A stretch of 61,665 nt of DNA, the filler included, from Squatina squatina (taxonomy: Eukaryota), in assembly GCA_031763465.1 (NCBI GenBank). It is 3 parts of 3 records of this genome, joined end to end, with 100 filler letters (N's around TTAATTAATTAA, not from the genome) between each part and the next. Parts side by side here need not be neighbours in the genome. Positions count along the whole stretch, not along the records: positions 1 to 16,281 come from JARFOE010000046.1; 2 more parts are not named here. One strand, written 5' to 3'. A program made the translations under genes and the position numbers. Below are positions 1 to 10,428 of the stretch, piece by piece (the stretch's first letter is position 1; every line of letters begins with the position of its first letter). The notes below the pieces were generated by a model that was not told the DNA's origin, searched no databases, and worked only from the letters and a program-made list of their open reading frames with translations.

Positions 1-303
1 TGAGTGTTGGGTGGGTGGAAAATGGTAGGCTCTGTCATAATGCTCCTGAGTAGCCTGTCAAACCTCACCTGTTGAATTGCTGCTCAAGTACTGCAGAGCA
101 CAGTTGCTGTTGCCTGTGCACCTGTACCTAAGGAGGATTCATTATCTTCAGAGTGGGGGAAGTGTTTGTAATCTTCAGCTGAAAAATTGCCAGCAGTAGG
201 AAGGAAACATATCCACATTACCAGCATGTTGACATACATTCAGTGAACTTATCAATGTGATGCTTATTGACAATCTTGCCTCATCTGTGGCTTATCATTT
301 CAG

Positions 304-475
304 AGCTGCTGAAGAGGCCTTTGTCCAGGATTGTAATGAAGATACACCTGGAACAGAATGGGAGCGAGTAGCACGCCTTTGTGATTTTAATCCCAAAACC
401 AGCAAGCAGTCAAAGGATGTATCACGTATGCGTTCTGTACTGATATCACTTAAGCAGTCACCATTAGTCCGCTAA
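304..475 (+). CDS. CLTB: Clathrin light chain, terminal coding exon (CLTB by synteny)
   Basis: Acceptor tttcag ends at 303. The exon encodes AAEEAFVQDCNEDTPGTEWERVARLCDFNPKTSKQSKDVSRMRSVLISLKQSPLVR* (TAA 473-475), the conserved clathrin light chain C-terminus. Neighbours KIAA1191/SIMC1/THOC3 match the human CLTB region, although several residues are CLTA-like. Confidence 0.85.
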
Positions 476-851
476 ACATGCTACATAACACTTCAGTGTG
501 GGCTTTCTTACTAGCTCTAGTTGCATCCCACAAAATTGACGGCCATTAGAATAGACGGATGAGTGTTAGTCATTCCTGTTTGGACCAAACCAATGTAAAT
601 TACAAAATCTGTGTTTGTGACTTTTATTTCTTTTTCAACTGTTCGTGGTTTGTTGCCAATTCCTTGGGTTATTGGGCAGGCCAGTAAAATGGTTGCCCTC
701 ATACACTCCTGAATCTCATTAATGTTTAACTTTCTCAATTACTGATATCCCCACACTGTCCTTGTGCTGCATCACATGACTATTTATGCATGAATTATGA
801 GTGCAATCTATTGGCCCTTGTTTAAAAATCATGTTGACTACACTGTTATGC

Positions 852-871
852 ATTAAAAGTTAAATATTAAA
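852..871 (+). promoter_or_regulatory. Candidate polyadenylation signals of the clathrin light chain gene
   Basis: Two ATTAAA hexamers (852-857, 866-871) ~380 nt after the stop codon, followed by T/GT-rich sequence. Confidence 0.45.
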
Positions 872-1611
872 ACTTTGTTTTGCTTATTCAATGTCTGTTT
901 AAAACAGTTCAGATATTGCACTGCATGAAGTTGATTCCTATGAAGATCCAAAAGACTTATTAGGCCTTTTTATGATCACCACCTTGGGATTGTGCACCTC
1001 CCTCCCCAGTTACCAATGCTAATCTTTGGCCAGTTTCTGGCAGGTTGGGGATTTCTTGACATTCTCCAACTCTTGGTTTAAGGCAATCTCCAGGAGACTT
1101 TGGCTATCCATTGCAGTACCAATTTACTTGACTAAATGTCTCTCTCTACCCCCTCCATATGTTCTAGTGTCCTGTACAGTTCTACATTACTAAAGACTGC
1201 TTTCATCTGAGGTCTGTCTCAAGTTAAAATTCTACACCCCTTCATGCAATTTTTTGCTTGAAAATCCATTGTCCTTTTTGTACAAACTGAATGCCCTAAA
1301 TTTTTATCATTCTAGCTATTCAGCATATTTATCATTATCTGGATGAAGTTGTATCTTAGATGGTTTTACTTTTTTCTAATCCACCTTGTTCTGGACTGCA
1401 TGTTAGACTTAACTTGATCCCAGAGTTCAAGGTTTAAAACCTTTAAAAACTTAAAAGTAAAAAGACCTCAAGCTGCCTCTCCACTGCAAGTGTAGAAGTC
1501 CCGAGTGTACCNNNNNNNNNNNNNNNNNNNNNNNNNNNNNNNNNNNNNNNNNNNNNNNNNNNNNNNNNNNNNNNNNNNNNNNNNNNNNNNNNNNNNNNNN
1601 NNNNNNNNNNN

Positions 1612-1841
1612 TCTGATTGCCTTGCATCATCTCTTAATCTCTTCTGCCTTTCACCCAATCACTGATCTTTCCCTTTGATCTTTCCTCCCCCTCCCCCCTT
1701 TCCCTGCCCCGCAAGGTGCTTGAAAACCTCCTGCATTTCTGGCTTTTTACAGTTCTGACGAAGGGTCATCGACCCAAAACGTTAACTGTTTTTCTCCCCA
1801 CAGATGCTGCCTGACCTGAGTGTTTCCAGCATTTTTTGTTT
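1612..1841 (+). mobile_element. Penelope-like element 3' end / pseudo-LTR fragment
   Basis: Contains ctgacgaagggtcatcgacccaaaacgttaactg...cacagatgctgcctgacctgagtgtttccagcatt. Its upstream part is the reverse complement of 11433-11550, which is linked to a GIY-YIG C-terminus. Confidence 0.75.
1749..1789 (+). ncRNA. Minimal type I hammerhead ribozyme motif, probably inactivated (GAAA reads AAAA)
   Basis: Stem I ACAGTT (1749-54) pairs with AACTGT (1784-89). Core CTGACGA at 1755-61, stem II GGGTC-ATC-GACCC, AAAA at the GAAA position, palindromic ACGT stem III and a GTT cleavage triplet. Confidence 0.65.
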
Positions 1842-1904
1842 AGATCACTACCATTGACGCTTTTACACATGTAAAATTAAATGTACTGTCCATGTATGTT
1901 TCAG

Positions 1905-2089
1905 CCATCGAACATTCTTCGAGTCTACTAGAAAAGATGTCCCTACCAATAGGGATACATCGTAGGGCATTCAGTTATGATGACGCCTTGGAAGATTTCA
2001 CGCCAATGACTCCTCCACCTTCTGATATGGGAAGCAATATATTGTGGAAACCCGTTATCCCAGAGCGGAAATATCAACAATTGTCAATG
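1905..2089 (+). CDS. KIAA1191: KIAA1191 (p33MONOX) internal exon
   Basis: tttcag acceptor and GTATAC donor. Encodes AIEHSSSLLEKMSLPIGIHRRAFSYDDALEDFTPMTPPPSDMGSNILWKPVIPERKYQQLSM, matching human KMSLPIGIYRRAVSYDDTLEDPAPMTPPPSDMGSVPWKPVIPERKYQ. Confidence 0.93.
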
Positions 2090-2547
2090 GTATACTTCTA
2101 TTTATAAGCAGTTATAACATTTGTATATTTGCAATATTAAATTTGCAGTTGAATAGTGTGCTTTGAATTCTGGAACCTGCTGTGCATATTTGTTCTCCAT
2201 CTTTTTATTTGAGTTTTTTTTGTGTAGAATGACTCCAGAGCCAAATTAAGCATCTCAATATACTCTTAGATATGCACTTAAACACAGATACATTTTTCCT
2301 AAAGACTATTTAAACCTTGTCAAATTAGTAGCTATTCTAAAGCACTGAAGAAGGATAGGTTTTACAAGTGCTCCAACATCTGGAACACGTCAACTAGCCT
2401 ACACTTCATTCTCAAAACTAGGATTCTTTATAGAAAACAGGACGCTGTTGGAATCAGTCTGCCACCGATCTGTTTCATTAGGGATCTGGATAAGACATTC
2501 CTAAATGTCATGAAGATAAATTGCAGCTTTAGCCAGTTCCAAAAGGG

Positions 2548-2691
2548 GAGATTTGCATTTTAAATAGCGCCTTTCATGACCTCAGGGCCTCCCAAAACAC
2601 CTTACAGCAAATGAAGTACTTTTTAAGTGCAGTCACTGTTGTAATGTATAGAAATGAGGCAGTCAATTTGTACACAGCAAGGTCCCACAAC
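2548..2691 (-). mobile_element. DeuSINE 3' fragment
   Basis: Same orientation and sequence as the 3' part of the full copy at 51835-52297 (atttgcattt...gaagtacttttt..agtcactgttgtaatgta). Confidence 0.75.
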
Positions 2692-3028
2692 CCCCAAATC
2701 TTTCTCCCATTCAGCAGCCATGAGCGTGCAAACCTATATGTGACGAGAATTGGCCCTGCCCAATGGCATCACGCCGTATTGATCTCTTACTTTAGGGAAT
2801 ACAAATTTCCTTCCTGACCTCACCATGTAAATAACAGTGTTAATCTCAATTCTTCACCTCAACGATTAATTGATCCTGAACCAGCTATCTTCTCGGTGGG
2901 GTGGGGTAAATTCTTTTCTAAGTTCTACTCTCCCTTGAGGCATTTGAATTCTGCGTCCTTTACTCAAAGGCTAAAGGTACAGATGAAGTGGTTACTTCCA
3001 CCTCAGGTGTACCTTTTTTTTATTTTGA

Positions 3029-3790
3029 AGCCGTAAATTCCGGTGTCTCCGGGTGTGTACAAAGTGCACACATGCCCAAGAATGCCCCGCAAGTTCCGGG
3101 TTTAGTGCTGTACTGCGCATGCCCCTAAATCCGGAACTTCCAATCTGTCAAGATTTCTCTTGACAGAACTACCACTTCAACTGGAAAACAGCTTTCCAGA
3201 GTGGAGAATTGGGCTATTTTCCCAACTCTTGCCCATAGAAAGCTCTTTAATTTCTTACACCTGGCAAAAGCAAGCATACAGGCCTGCTTTTGCCAGTATA
3301 AGAGTTTTTAAAAATATAAAAATAAATTAAATCACTGGATTATTGATTAAAAACCTGGTCCATTAAGGAGTGTATATTTTTATACACCTTCAAAGATTTT
3401 TTTAAAAATTCAATTTTTTTTTGTATTAGTTATTTAATTATATATGTATCATTTTATTACATTTTAGAAACATAGAAACATAGAAAATAGGTGCAGGAGT
3501 AGGCCATTAGGCCCTTCNNNNNNNNNNTGATTAAAAACCCGGTTCATTAAGGTAAACATTTTTATATACTTTAGAAGATTTTCTTTAAGTTTTCAAAAAA
3601 AATGTTTGTATTAGTTACTTAATTATATATCATTTTATTAAATTGTGATGTTTGACCAGTTTTTAAAATGTATTTTGAAGTGTCCTGCTGTTTTTTTGTA
3701 TCTCCCATTCAGTCTTCTGCTGACCTCCATAATTGCAGAGATCAGAAGTATGAATGGGAGATACCCCTACCTGATTGGTGGGGTCACATG
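3029..3790. mobile_element. Non-autonomous DNA transposon (MITE-like) fragments
   Basis: GC-rich start gccgtaaattcc and an internal hairpin (gttccgggtttag...ctaaatccggaac). 3759-3790 is the reverse complement of a motif at 27026-27063 (gtcacatg...ccaatcaggtag.tgtatc). Confidence 0.5.
3465..3517 (-). mobile_element. CR1 LINE 3' tail
   Basis: (CATAGAAA)n followed by ataggtgcaggagtaggccattaggcccttc, the reverse complement of a CR1 3' end. Identical to 7277-7321. Confidence 0.75.
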
Positions 3791-4847
3791 NNNNNNNNNN
3801 NNNNNNNNNNNNNNNNNNNNNNNNNNNNNNNNNNNNNNNNNNNNNNNNNNNNNNNNNNNNNNNNNNNNNNNNNNNNNNNNNNNNNNNNNNNNNNNNNNNN
3901 NNNNNNNNNNNNNNNNNNNNNNNNNNNNNNNNNNNNNNNNNNNNNNNNNNNNNNNNNNNNNNNNNNNNNNNNNNNNNNNNNNNNNNNNNNNNNNNNNNNN
4001 NNNNNNNNNNNNNNNNNNNNNNNNNNNNNNNNNNNNNNNNNNNNNNNNNNNNNNNNNNNNNNNNNNNNNNNNNNNNNNNNNNNNNNNNNNNNNNNNNNNN
4101 NNNNNNNNNNNNNNNNNNNNNNNNNNNNNNNNNNNNNNNNNNNNNNNNNNNNNNNNNNNNNNNNNNNNNNNNNNNNNNNNNNNNNNNNNNNNNNNNNNNN
4201 NNNNNNNNNNNNNNNNNNNNNNNNNNNNNNNNNNNNNNNNNNNNNNNNNNNNNNNNNNNNNNNNNNNNNNNNNNNNNNNNNNNNNNNNNNNNNNNNNNNN
4301 NNNNNNNNNNNNNNNNNNNNNNNNNNNNNNNNNNNNNNNNNNNNNNNNNNNNNNNNNNNNNNNNNNNNNNNNNNNNNNNNNNNNNNNNNNNNNNNNNNNN
4401 NNNNNNNNNNNNNNNNNNNNNNNNNNNNNNNNNNNNNNNNNNNNNNNNNNNNNNNNNNNNNNNNNNNNNNNNNNNNNNNNNNNNNNNNNNNNNNNNNNNN
4501 NNNNNNNNNNNNNNNNNNNNNNNNNNNNNNNNNNNNNNNNNNNNNNNNNNNNNNNNNNNNNNNNNNNNNNNNNNNNNNNNNNNNNNNNNNNNNNNNNNNN
4601 NNNNNNNNNNNNNNNNNNNNNNNNNNNNNNNNNNNNNNNNNNNNNNNNNNNNNNNNNNNNNNNNNNNNNNNNNNNNNNNNNNNNNNNNNNNNNNNNNNNN
4701 NNNNNNNNNNNNNNNNNNNNNNNNNAATTACATCTGTCACTTGCAGCAGTGATGTTCCCCCATCTCCATTCTAGCTGGAATAGTGGTATGCAGCCAGTTG
4801 TCAGCTGATTTATATCTAAATTCTGCTTGGTAGGCAGCATTGCAATC

Positions 4848-4983
4848 AAAGATCTTTCTGGAGCCATTTTTAGACTGTTATTAAAGAAACCACCTCTGAT
4901 TCCGACTCTAGCTTCTGCCATTTCCATGTTATACCAATAAGTGGTTTCTTTAATAGTGGTCTGAAAAATCCAGAAAGATCTTT
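4848..4983. repeat. Imperfect inverted repeat (~45-nt arms, 47-nt spacer) in a KIAA1191 intron
   Basis: Left arm aaagatctttctggagccatttttagactgttattaaagaaaccac (4848-4893). Reverse complement of the right arm (4941-4983) is aaagatctttctggatttttcagaccactattaaagaaaccac. Confidence 0.85.
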
Positions 4984-5942
4984 TATCGCCTGGCTGACAA
5001 TTTGATCATGATCAACATACTCTGCTGCCTTCACAGTGAAAGTTTCTAGTTCCTGGTGTGGCATGTATCCATTGCAAGTAGAAACTTTCAGTTTATGCTG
5101 CTTGCTGTCTTTATCACAAATGTAAATTTCTGGATCCCATAGCAACTGGAATGTGGACTTATTGACTCTTCCAAGTTAATTGTAGAACATGCACTGTTGC
5201 TAACTTGAGGTTACTTCATTGGCTGTACAGCACTTTGGGAGATCCTAAGATTGTGACAGGTGATCTAGAAATGCAAATCTTTTTTAGACTGAACATTTTT
5301 ACAAATAGTACACTTATTTCATAGAATTGTTACTTCAGTGATGTTCAGAACAAGTGAAGGGTTGTAAAAGCTCCAAGACCTGGGTGATTTGGGGGCGTAT
5401 AATTCTACTTCCGATGCCAACTGATGAATCAGTCAGCATTTGTCTGACAGGTTATTGGACCAATCTTTTAGAACTGTTTTTGAACTATGCATTATTTTCT
5501 ATCCTTTATAGTAGTTTTCTTTACCAGATTAAGCCTATGATATTGCTTGAATTGTTCAACCTGTTCATAACAGTTTAAATATAACTCAAGGTACATTTAA
5601 CATGTATGGCTGTTAACACCTGAATTTGGACTAGGAAGAGAACAGTTGAGGCAATTATATTTTAATAGGTGACATAACTCGATACTTAAACAGTAAAAAT
5701 GGATTTGTACAGTCAATTGTCTAAAATTTTGTAATGTGATAGCAATTCATACAAAATCAAAATCAACCAGATGTAGTTTTAGAATTGAGCTATACCTACC
5801 AGTTACATAAGTGCTGATATTGTGTTGTAAAAGTTGCACAAATACCTGTAGATACAGACTTTCAGACTTGCAAAGCAAAAGAATTACATTGTGTCTGTAT
5901 TCTGCAAGAAATGTTTCACTTCTTTGTGGTCTTTTACTCTAG

Positions 5943-6063
5943 GTGGAAGATGTAGAAAATGGTACTACATCTTCAATCATAGCTCCGTCAACTCAGAGCC
6001 TGAACAAAGTCCATGTGGTGAAAGCCAAAGCAACCTCTGTTATCATGAACTCACTTATGACAA
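5943..6063 (+). CDS. KIAA1191: KIAA1191 internal exon
   Basis: ctctag acceptor and GTAAGA donor. Encodes VEDVENGTTSSIIAPSTQSLNKVHVVKAKATSVIMNSLMT(K), matching human ..DKVPVVKAKATHVIMNSLITK. Phase 0 start fits the exon ending at 2089. Confidence 0.93.
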
Positions 6064-7040
6064 GTAAGAGAGCCCTTTAAACCACTGCATTAAGATTTGC
6101 TGACTATCATAAATCTTAATTGTTGTAGTGAAGGTCTTAAAGAGCACTCTCAAGACACCACTTGAAACACCTACACCAGTAGAATAGTCTAAGTCTTTGC
6201 TTCACCAGTGCACCTAAATCCCTTCCTTCCAATCACCCCTGACCTCTGAAAATCATGTGACCCTTATTGGGTTCAGATTGCTGACCCCAATCAGATTTGG
6301 ATCACCATTGTGCCAACCAGCCTTGGTTTCTGACCTCCTCCTCTGCTTCCTGGACCCTGGAGTAGCATTATATTCTCCAGAGTTGACTTCCTGGAGATTT
6401 TCTCTTTGCCCACCGCCCCCTCCCCCAAGAACATTTCACCTTTTATCATCCTGCCCCCTTCTCCTAAATTCTCCATCTATTGATTTGATTTTAAGTTCCT
6501 AGGTGCTTTCCTGACTGGAATTTTTTCCCCCTTCAGTTTACCCTCTTCCCCTACACTGAGCAATTTCTTGGCCTTGATGATTTCAACCTCCATTAATACT
6601 GTGGAGTATGAATTCCTGGAATGTNNNNNNNNNNNNNNNNNNNNNNNNNNNNNNNNNNNNNNNNNNNNNNNNNNNNNNNNNNNNNNNNNNNNNNNNNNNN
6701 NNNNNNNNNNNNNNNNNNNNNNNNCTCTCCCTCCTTTTAACAAGTTCTACCCCTTACCAACTGCTCGTTTATTCCTTGGTCGACCAAAGTAAGGGACAAC
6801 ACACTGAACCGTCAAATTTAAACACATTAAATAAAAACTTTTCTGCAGCTTTATATACTAAAAAAAATACACATTACTAGTTTAAAAATTTGGATTAAAT
6901 ACATAAGTTAGTTTATTTGTTTAGAAAATATTGTATGTAGTATAAAATTCTGACATGTTAAAGTATAACACTAACATGTTGAGCCTGAAGCAAACTAAGA
7001 CATAACATGGCTATCAGGTGAAGAAAGAAAGTGTACTTAC

Positions 7041-7197
7041 ATCAGTTTCTAAGGGAAATTTAGCATATTTAAGGAAATGTAGCACTTTCCCCAGTGACAT
7101 GGGCAGAGTATTTTGTTTTTTGGTGCAATGGTGGAAGAGGAATTCTAGTAACTTGCAGCGCAGGAGTTGGCTCTCCATACTTCTCAACACAGTTAAT
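7041..7197 (-). CDS. SIMC1: SIMC1 exon (C-terminal Nse5-like region)
   Basis: Minus-strand AG at 7199-7198 and GTAAGT donor from 7040. Encodes LTVLRSMESQLLRCKLLEFLFHHCTKKQNTLPMSLGKVLHFLKYAKFPLETD versus human [36 protein letters not shown]. Not in the ORF track. Confidence 0.9.
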
Positions 7198-7276
7198 CTT
7201 CAAAGTTGTAAGAAAAACAAAATGAATGATTTATGTTTGAGCAATCAACAAGTACAGGCTACAGAGCACAACAGTA

Positions 7277-7327
7277 TAGAAACATAGAAAATAGGTGCAG
7301 GAGTAGGCCATTAGGCCCTTCGAGCCT
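7277..7327 (-). mobile_element. CR1 LINE 3' tail
   Basis: tagaaacatagaaaataggtgcaggagtaggccattaggcccttcgagcct, ending at a gap. Confidence 0.75.
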
Positions 7328-7427
7328 NNNNNNNNNNNNNNNNNNNNNNNNNNNNNNNNNNNNNNNNNNNNNNNNNNNNNNNNNNNNNNNNNNNNNNNNN
7401 NNNNNNNNNNNNNNNNNNNNNNNNNNN

Positions 7428-7443
7428 AGGACAGGAGGGACAA
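7428..7443 (-). CDS. SIMC1: Probable start of the next SIMC1 exon, cut by the gap
   Basis: Minus-strand acceptor tattttcttcAG then TTG TCC CTC CTG TCC (LSLLS), phase 0 as required after the 7607-7676 exon. Only 16 nt are visible. Confidence 0.45.
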
Positions 7444-7606
7444 CTGAAGAAAATATTTTTTTAAAAGTGATATTTTAATCCATGGAAAAACAAAAAAATT
7501 GATAATGTAAAACAAACCTAAAAATAATTGTTGAGCTCTCCATTTTTCTAACATCTTTAAAAGAATTTACAGACTATCTTTTTATAATGCTCCAGATCTA
7601 TGTTAC

Positions 7607-7676
7607 CTTGCTCTCCACATGATAAGCGAGTAGTTCCCAATCCCACTGCACTGTGGAAATATTTGCAGGATGCAGC
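7607..7676 (-). CDS. SIMC1: SIMC1 70-nt exon
   Basis: aactAG acceptor and GTAACA donor. Encodes LHPANISTVQWDWELLAYHVESK versus human [23 protein letters not shown]. Confidence 0.92.
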
Positions 7677-8184
7677 CTAGTTAAATATAATGAAATATTT
7701 ATTAGATCTGATTCTTAAAATCAGTTCACAGGTCAACAGTTTAAAAACAATAATTCCCATCTGACATAATGACGTAACACATAACTCATGCAATGGCTCA
7801 CAGTATTCAAGAAATGATTTCAAAAATATACTTCAGATGCGCACCTATAGCTCAGTTAGTAAATGCAAGGATCTAGATGTGAATGAATAATCTTGGATTC
7901 CATCCTTGTCTCGGTTGAGGTAGCTTATATTAGCTGGGGTGCTACAATTGGCCTCAGCACCCCTTCACTAGAGAGGTGAATAAATAGAATGTTCCATCAA
8001 TCTCTACTAGCTGCCAGCTCCCCAGTACACTGGGCAAAACTTTCAACTTCAGCGGGGGCAACAAAAAAAGGGTGATAACTGATTGGAAACCTGTTATACT
8101 CCTAATGGAAAGAGAGGTCAGTTGAGTGTATAATGGATGGCTGATCTGATGGCCGTTTTTGTACACTGTCAAAATTGAAAGTTA

Positions 8185-8480
8185 AGGTGACAAAATTCAA
8201 AATCTCGGTCCTTGTTTACAAATCCTTCCAGGCCTTGTCTAAATCTAGTCCTGCAACACCATATCCAAGGCATGCCATATGACTCTCCCCGACTCTAGTC
8301 TCGCATGCATCTCCACCCTCCTGGCGCTCCTCACTTTAATCCAAGATTTCGGTCACCAAGATTTTACCCTCAAGTCCCTCGGTAAACCTTTGTCACTTCT
8401 TTTTAGTCACTTCTTCGAATACTGCTCAGTCTGCTATCTGAAGCTGATTGAGACATTTTATTACATTAAAGGCACTGTTG
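8185..8480 (+). mobile_element. Degenerate L2 LINE 3' fragment
   Basis: ttcaaaatctcggtccttgtttacaaatccttccaggcctt...gacattttattacattaaaggcact, similar to 48823-49329. Confidence 0.55.
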
Positions 8481-8780
8481 TCCAGGGTTCTTGCTCCTAG
8501 TCAAAATCATGATGGATGTCGAGTGACCCCAATGAAGAAGGCGCATTTGTAGACATCAAGTGAAGATAGGACGAGCCTCATTTGTGATGAATCCTTTGAT
8601 AAAATAGCATGCTCATTACCCAAGCTCACACATGAAGAATGGTGAGGTACTGGAAAACAAATGGGTCTCATGGAATTGTTNNNNNNNNNNNNNNNNNNNN
8701 NNNNNNNNNNNNNNNNNNNNNNNNNNNNNNNNNNNNNNNNNNNNNNNNNNNNNNNNNNNNNNNNNNNNNNNNNNNNNNNN

Positions 8781-8841
8781 TACTCACGCAAAATCTTTGG
8801 GCGCTAGCCCTCCGAACAGGCGCGGAGCGAATTTCAGCCCC
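8781..8841. mobile_element. MITE terminus
   Basis: Ends aatttcagcccc, the exact reverse complement of the left terminus ggggctgaaatt of the element at 13356. Confidence 0.55.
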
Positions 8842-9414
8842 CTGATGTTTCACAAGACCCAATCAAAGGTTAAGAGATAGGACCATTTACTCCAATGTGT
8901 CATTGTGGGGCAGAATCATTCAGCACCATTTACATCTGAACAGTCTGCGCGGTGAAGCTACAGATTCACAACAAAAGGAGTGCAAGAGCATAACTTAAAT
9001 CCCGGACCAGTTCCCAAGCCAGAAGCGACATATACAAAGTTTCTTTCCTTTTTGAACGGGACCAAGAGCTTGGTGAAAGAATAAATTAGCTTTAATTTAT
9101 TGTAGTGGCAATACTTTGACATATTTCAGTATGCTCCAGTTTAACAAAAGAACCATGGATCTTATGAAGAGACATTCCAGATTAAATTTCATAAAAATCT
9201 ACAAAAACATTTAAAAGGTAGTGAGATGGGGCATTAAATGGCTGATGTTCATGATGGGATGGCCTGAAGTACAAATCTATGTTAGAACACATGCTTGTTT
9301 CAGACCATAAAGGAATACGAGACAAAACCACATATAAGTATTGCTAATCCATAAGCATTATATTTTGCTCGAGACTGCATCTCTTTGTGGCCATATTTTG
9401 TCACCAGGGCTTAC

Positions 9415-10428
9415 CTTGTGCCATTTTTCATTTCTGTGACGCTTAACGAACAGGTGTTGAACTGGTGCTCCGATGAAATATCGGAAACTTTGCAACAGCT
9501 CTTTGTCCACTGAACAGTTAGGGCTTGCTTCCTTAGCTTGATTTGATGCCAATTGGTGGTCTTCAGACTTCTCTGTTGACAGAACCCGATCTCCAGACTG
9601 ATCTAGTGCCAGTACAGGATCCTGTGCTTTGTTTGCAACTGGAAAACAGTTCAATTCACTTTTACTTCCCTTATCCGGACTCTTCAGCGGCTCCCAAGAT
9701 TCCAGCAATGGTACGTTTATGCTGGGAGGAGAGTGATCAAAAGCATGATCCAGTTCAAACTCCTCAAAGTTCTGAGGTATCAATGACGGTATAACTTCAA
9801 TATCTGTACTTAAACCTGCTGCAGGCCCATCAACTGTGCCATTAATTGGTTCCTCAAAGTGGCTTTTAAGATAATCTTCCAAAAGGTCCCCAGTACTACT
9901 TGGTGAGGAACACGGAACGAGTGCGTACGGTGAAAATGGTTCCAGAGATTCCACATCACTATTGATACAAGTGTCACTAGCTGAATTTACACTGCAAAAA
10001 GAGCAACAACTTGTTTGTCTTGACGTGTTTGTTGCGGGGATGTGAGAATCTTGAGTTTCATAAAGGCCAATGAAGTCCAGTTCTGGCACTGGGACTTCAT
10101 CGGTAAGTTTATTGGAAACAGGTGTAAGTAAATTTTGCTCAGTTGTCACTTCGACTGTCAAAATAGGAGGAGCTTCGAGGTCAGGTTCATCCTTGCCTAT
10201 CATCCAATTAGATTGTAAGCCAAGAGACAGGCATTCCCTGTCACCATCTGACAGGTCTTCATCGGAATTGAATACAACGTGACTCGAGTTACTGGAAACA
10301 GGAGGCTGCGGGCTTTTCTCTGCTGGGTAATAGTATGGCAAATTGACCTGCATACTTCCCATGCCTTCCTCAGCATCGTTTACGTGATCGTTCACTTCAC
10401 TTTCATCTCCTGTCAAATCAATATTGTC
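9415..10428 (-). CDS. SIMC1: SIMC1 large exon (SIM-containing, low-complexity region)
   Basis: tttttctttcAG acceptor and AAG|GTAAGC donor; 1014 nt, fully open. Begins DNIDLTGDE (compare human FIDLT SIM) and near its end reads LLQSFRYFIGAPVQHLF (compare human CLHRLKYFLRPPVHHLF). Position is syntenic. Confidence 0.88.

Noticed and set aside
3645-4927. Long ORFs of 300-400 aa in the ORF track (also 29332-30088, 30612-31793, 33293-34523)
   Set aside because: They consist mostly of X residues read through N gaps.
4870-5145. 91-aa minus-strand ORF and a nearby GIRGG peptide reminiscent of Polinton PolB
   Set aside because: No other polymerase motifs are present, and the region is better explained by the inverted repeat.
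9358-10416. 352-aa ORF as a stand-alone novel gene
   Set aside because: It is a SIMC1 exon bounded by splice sites at 10428 and 9415; the last codons run into the intron.
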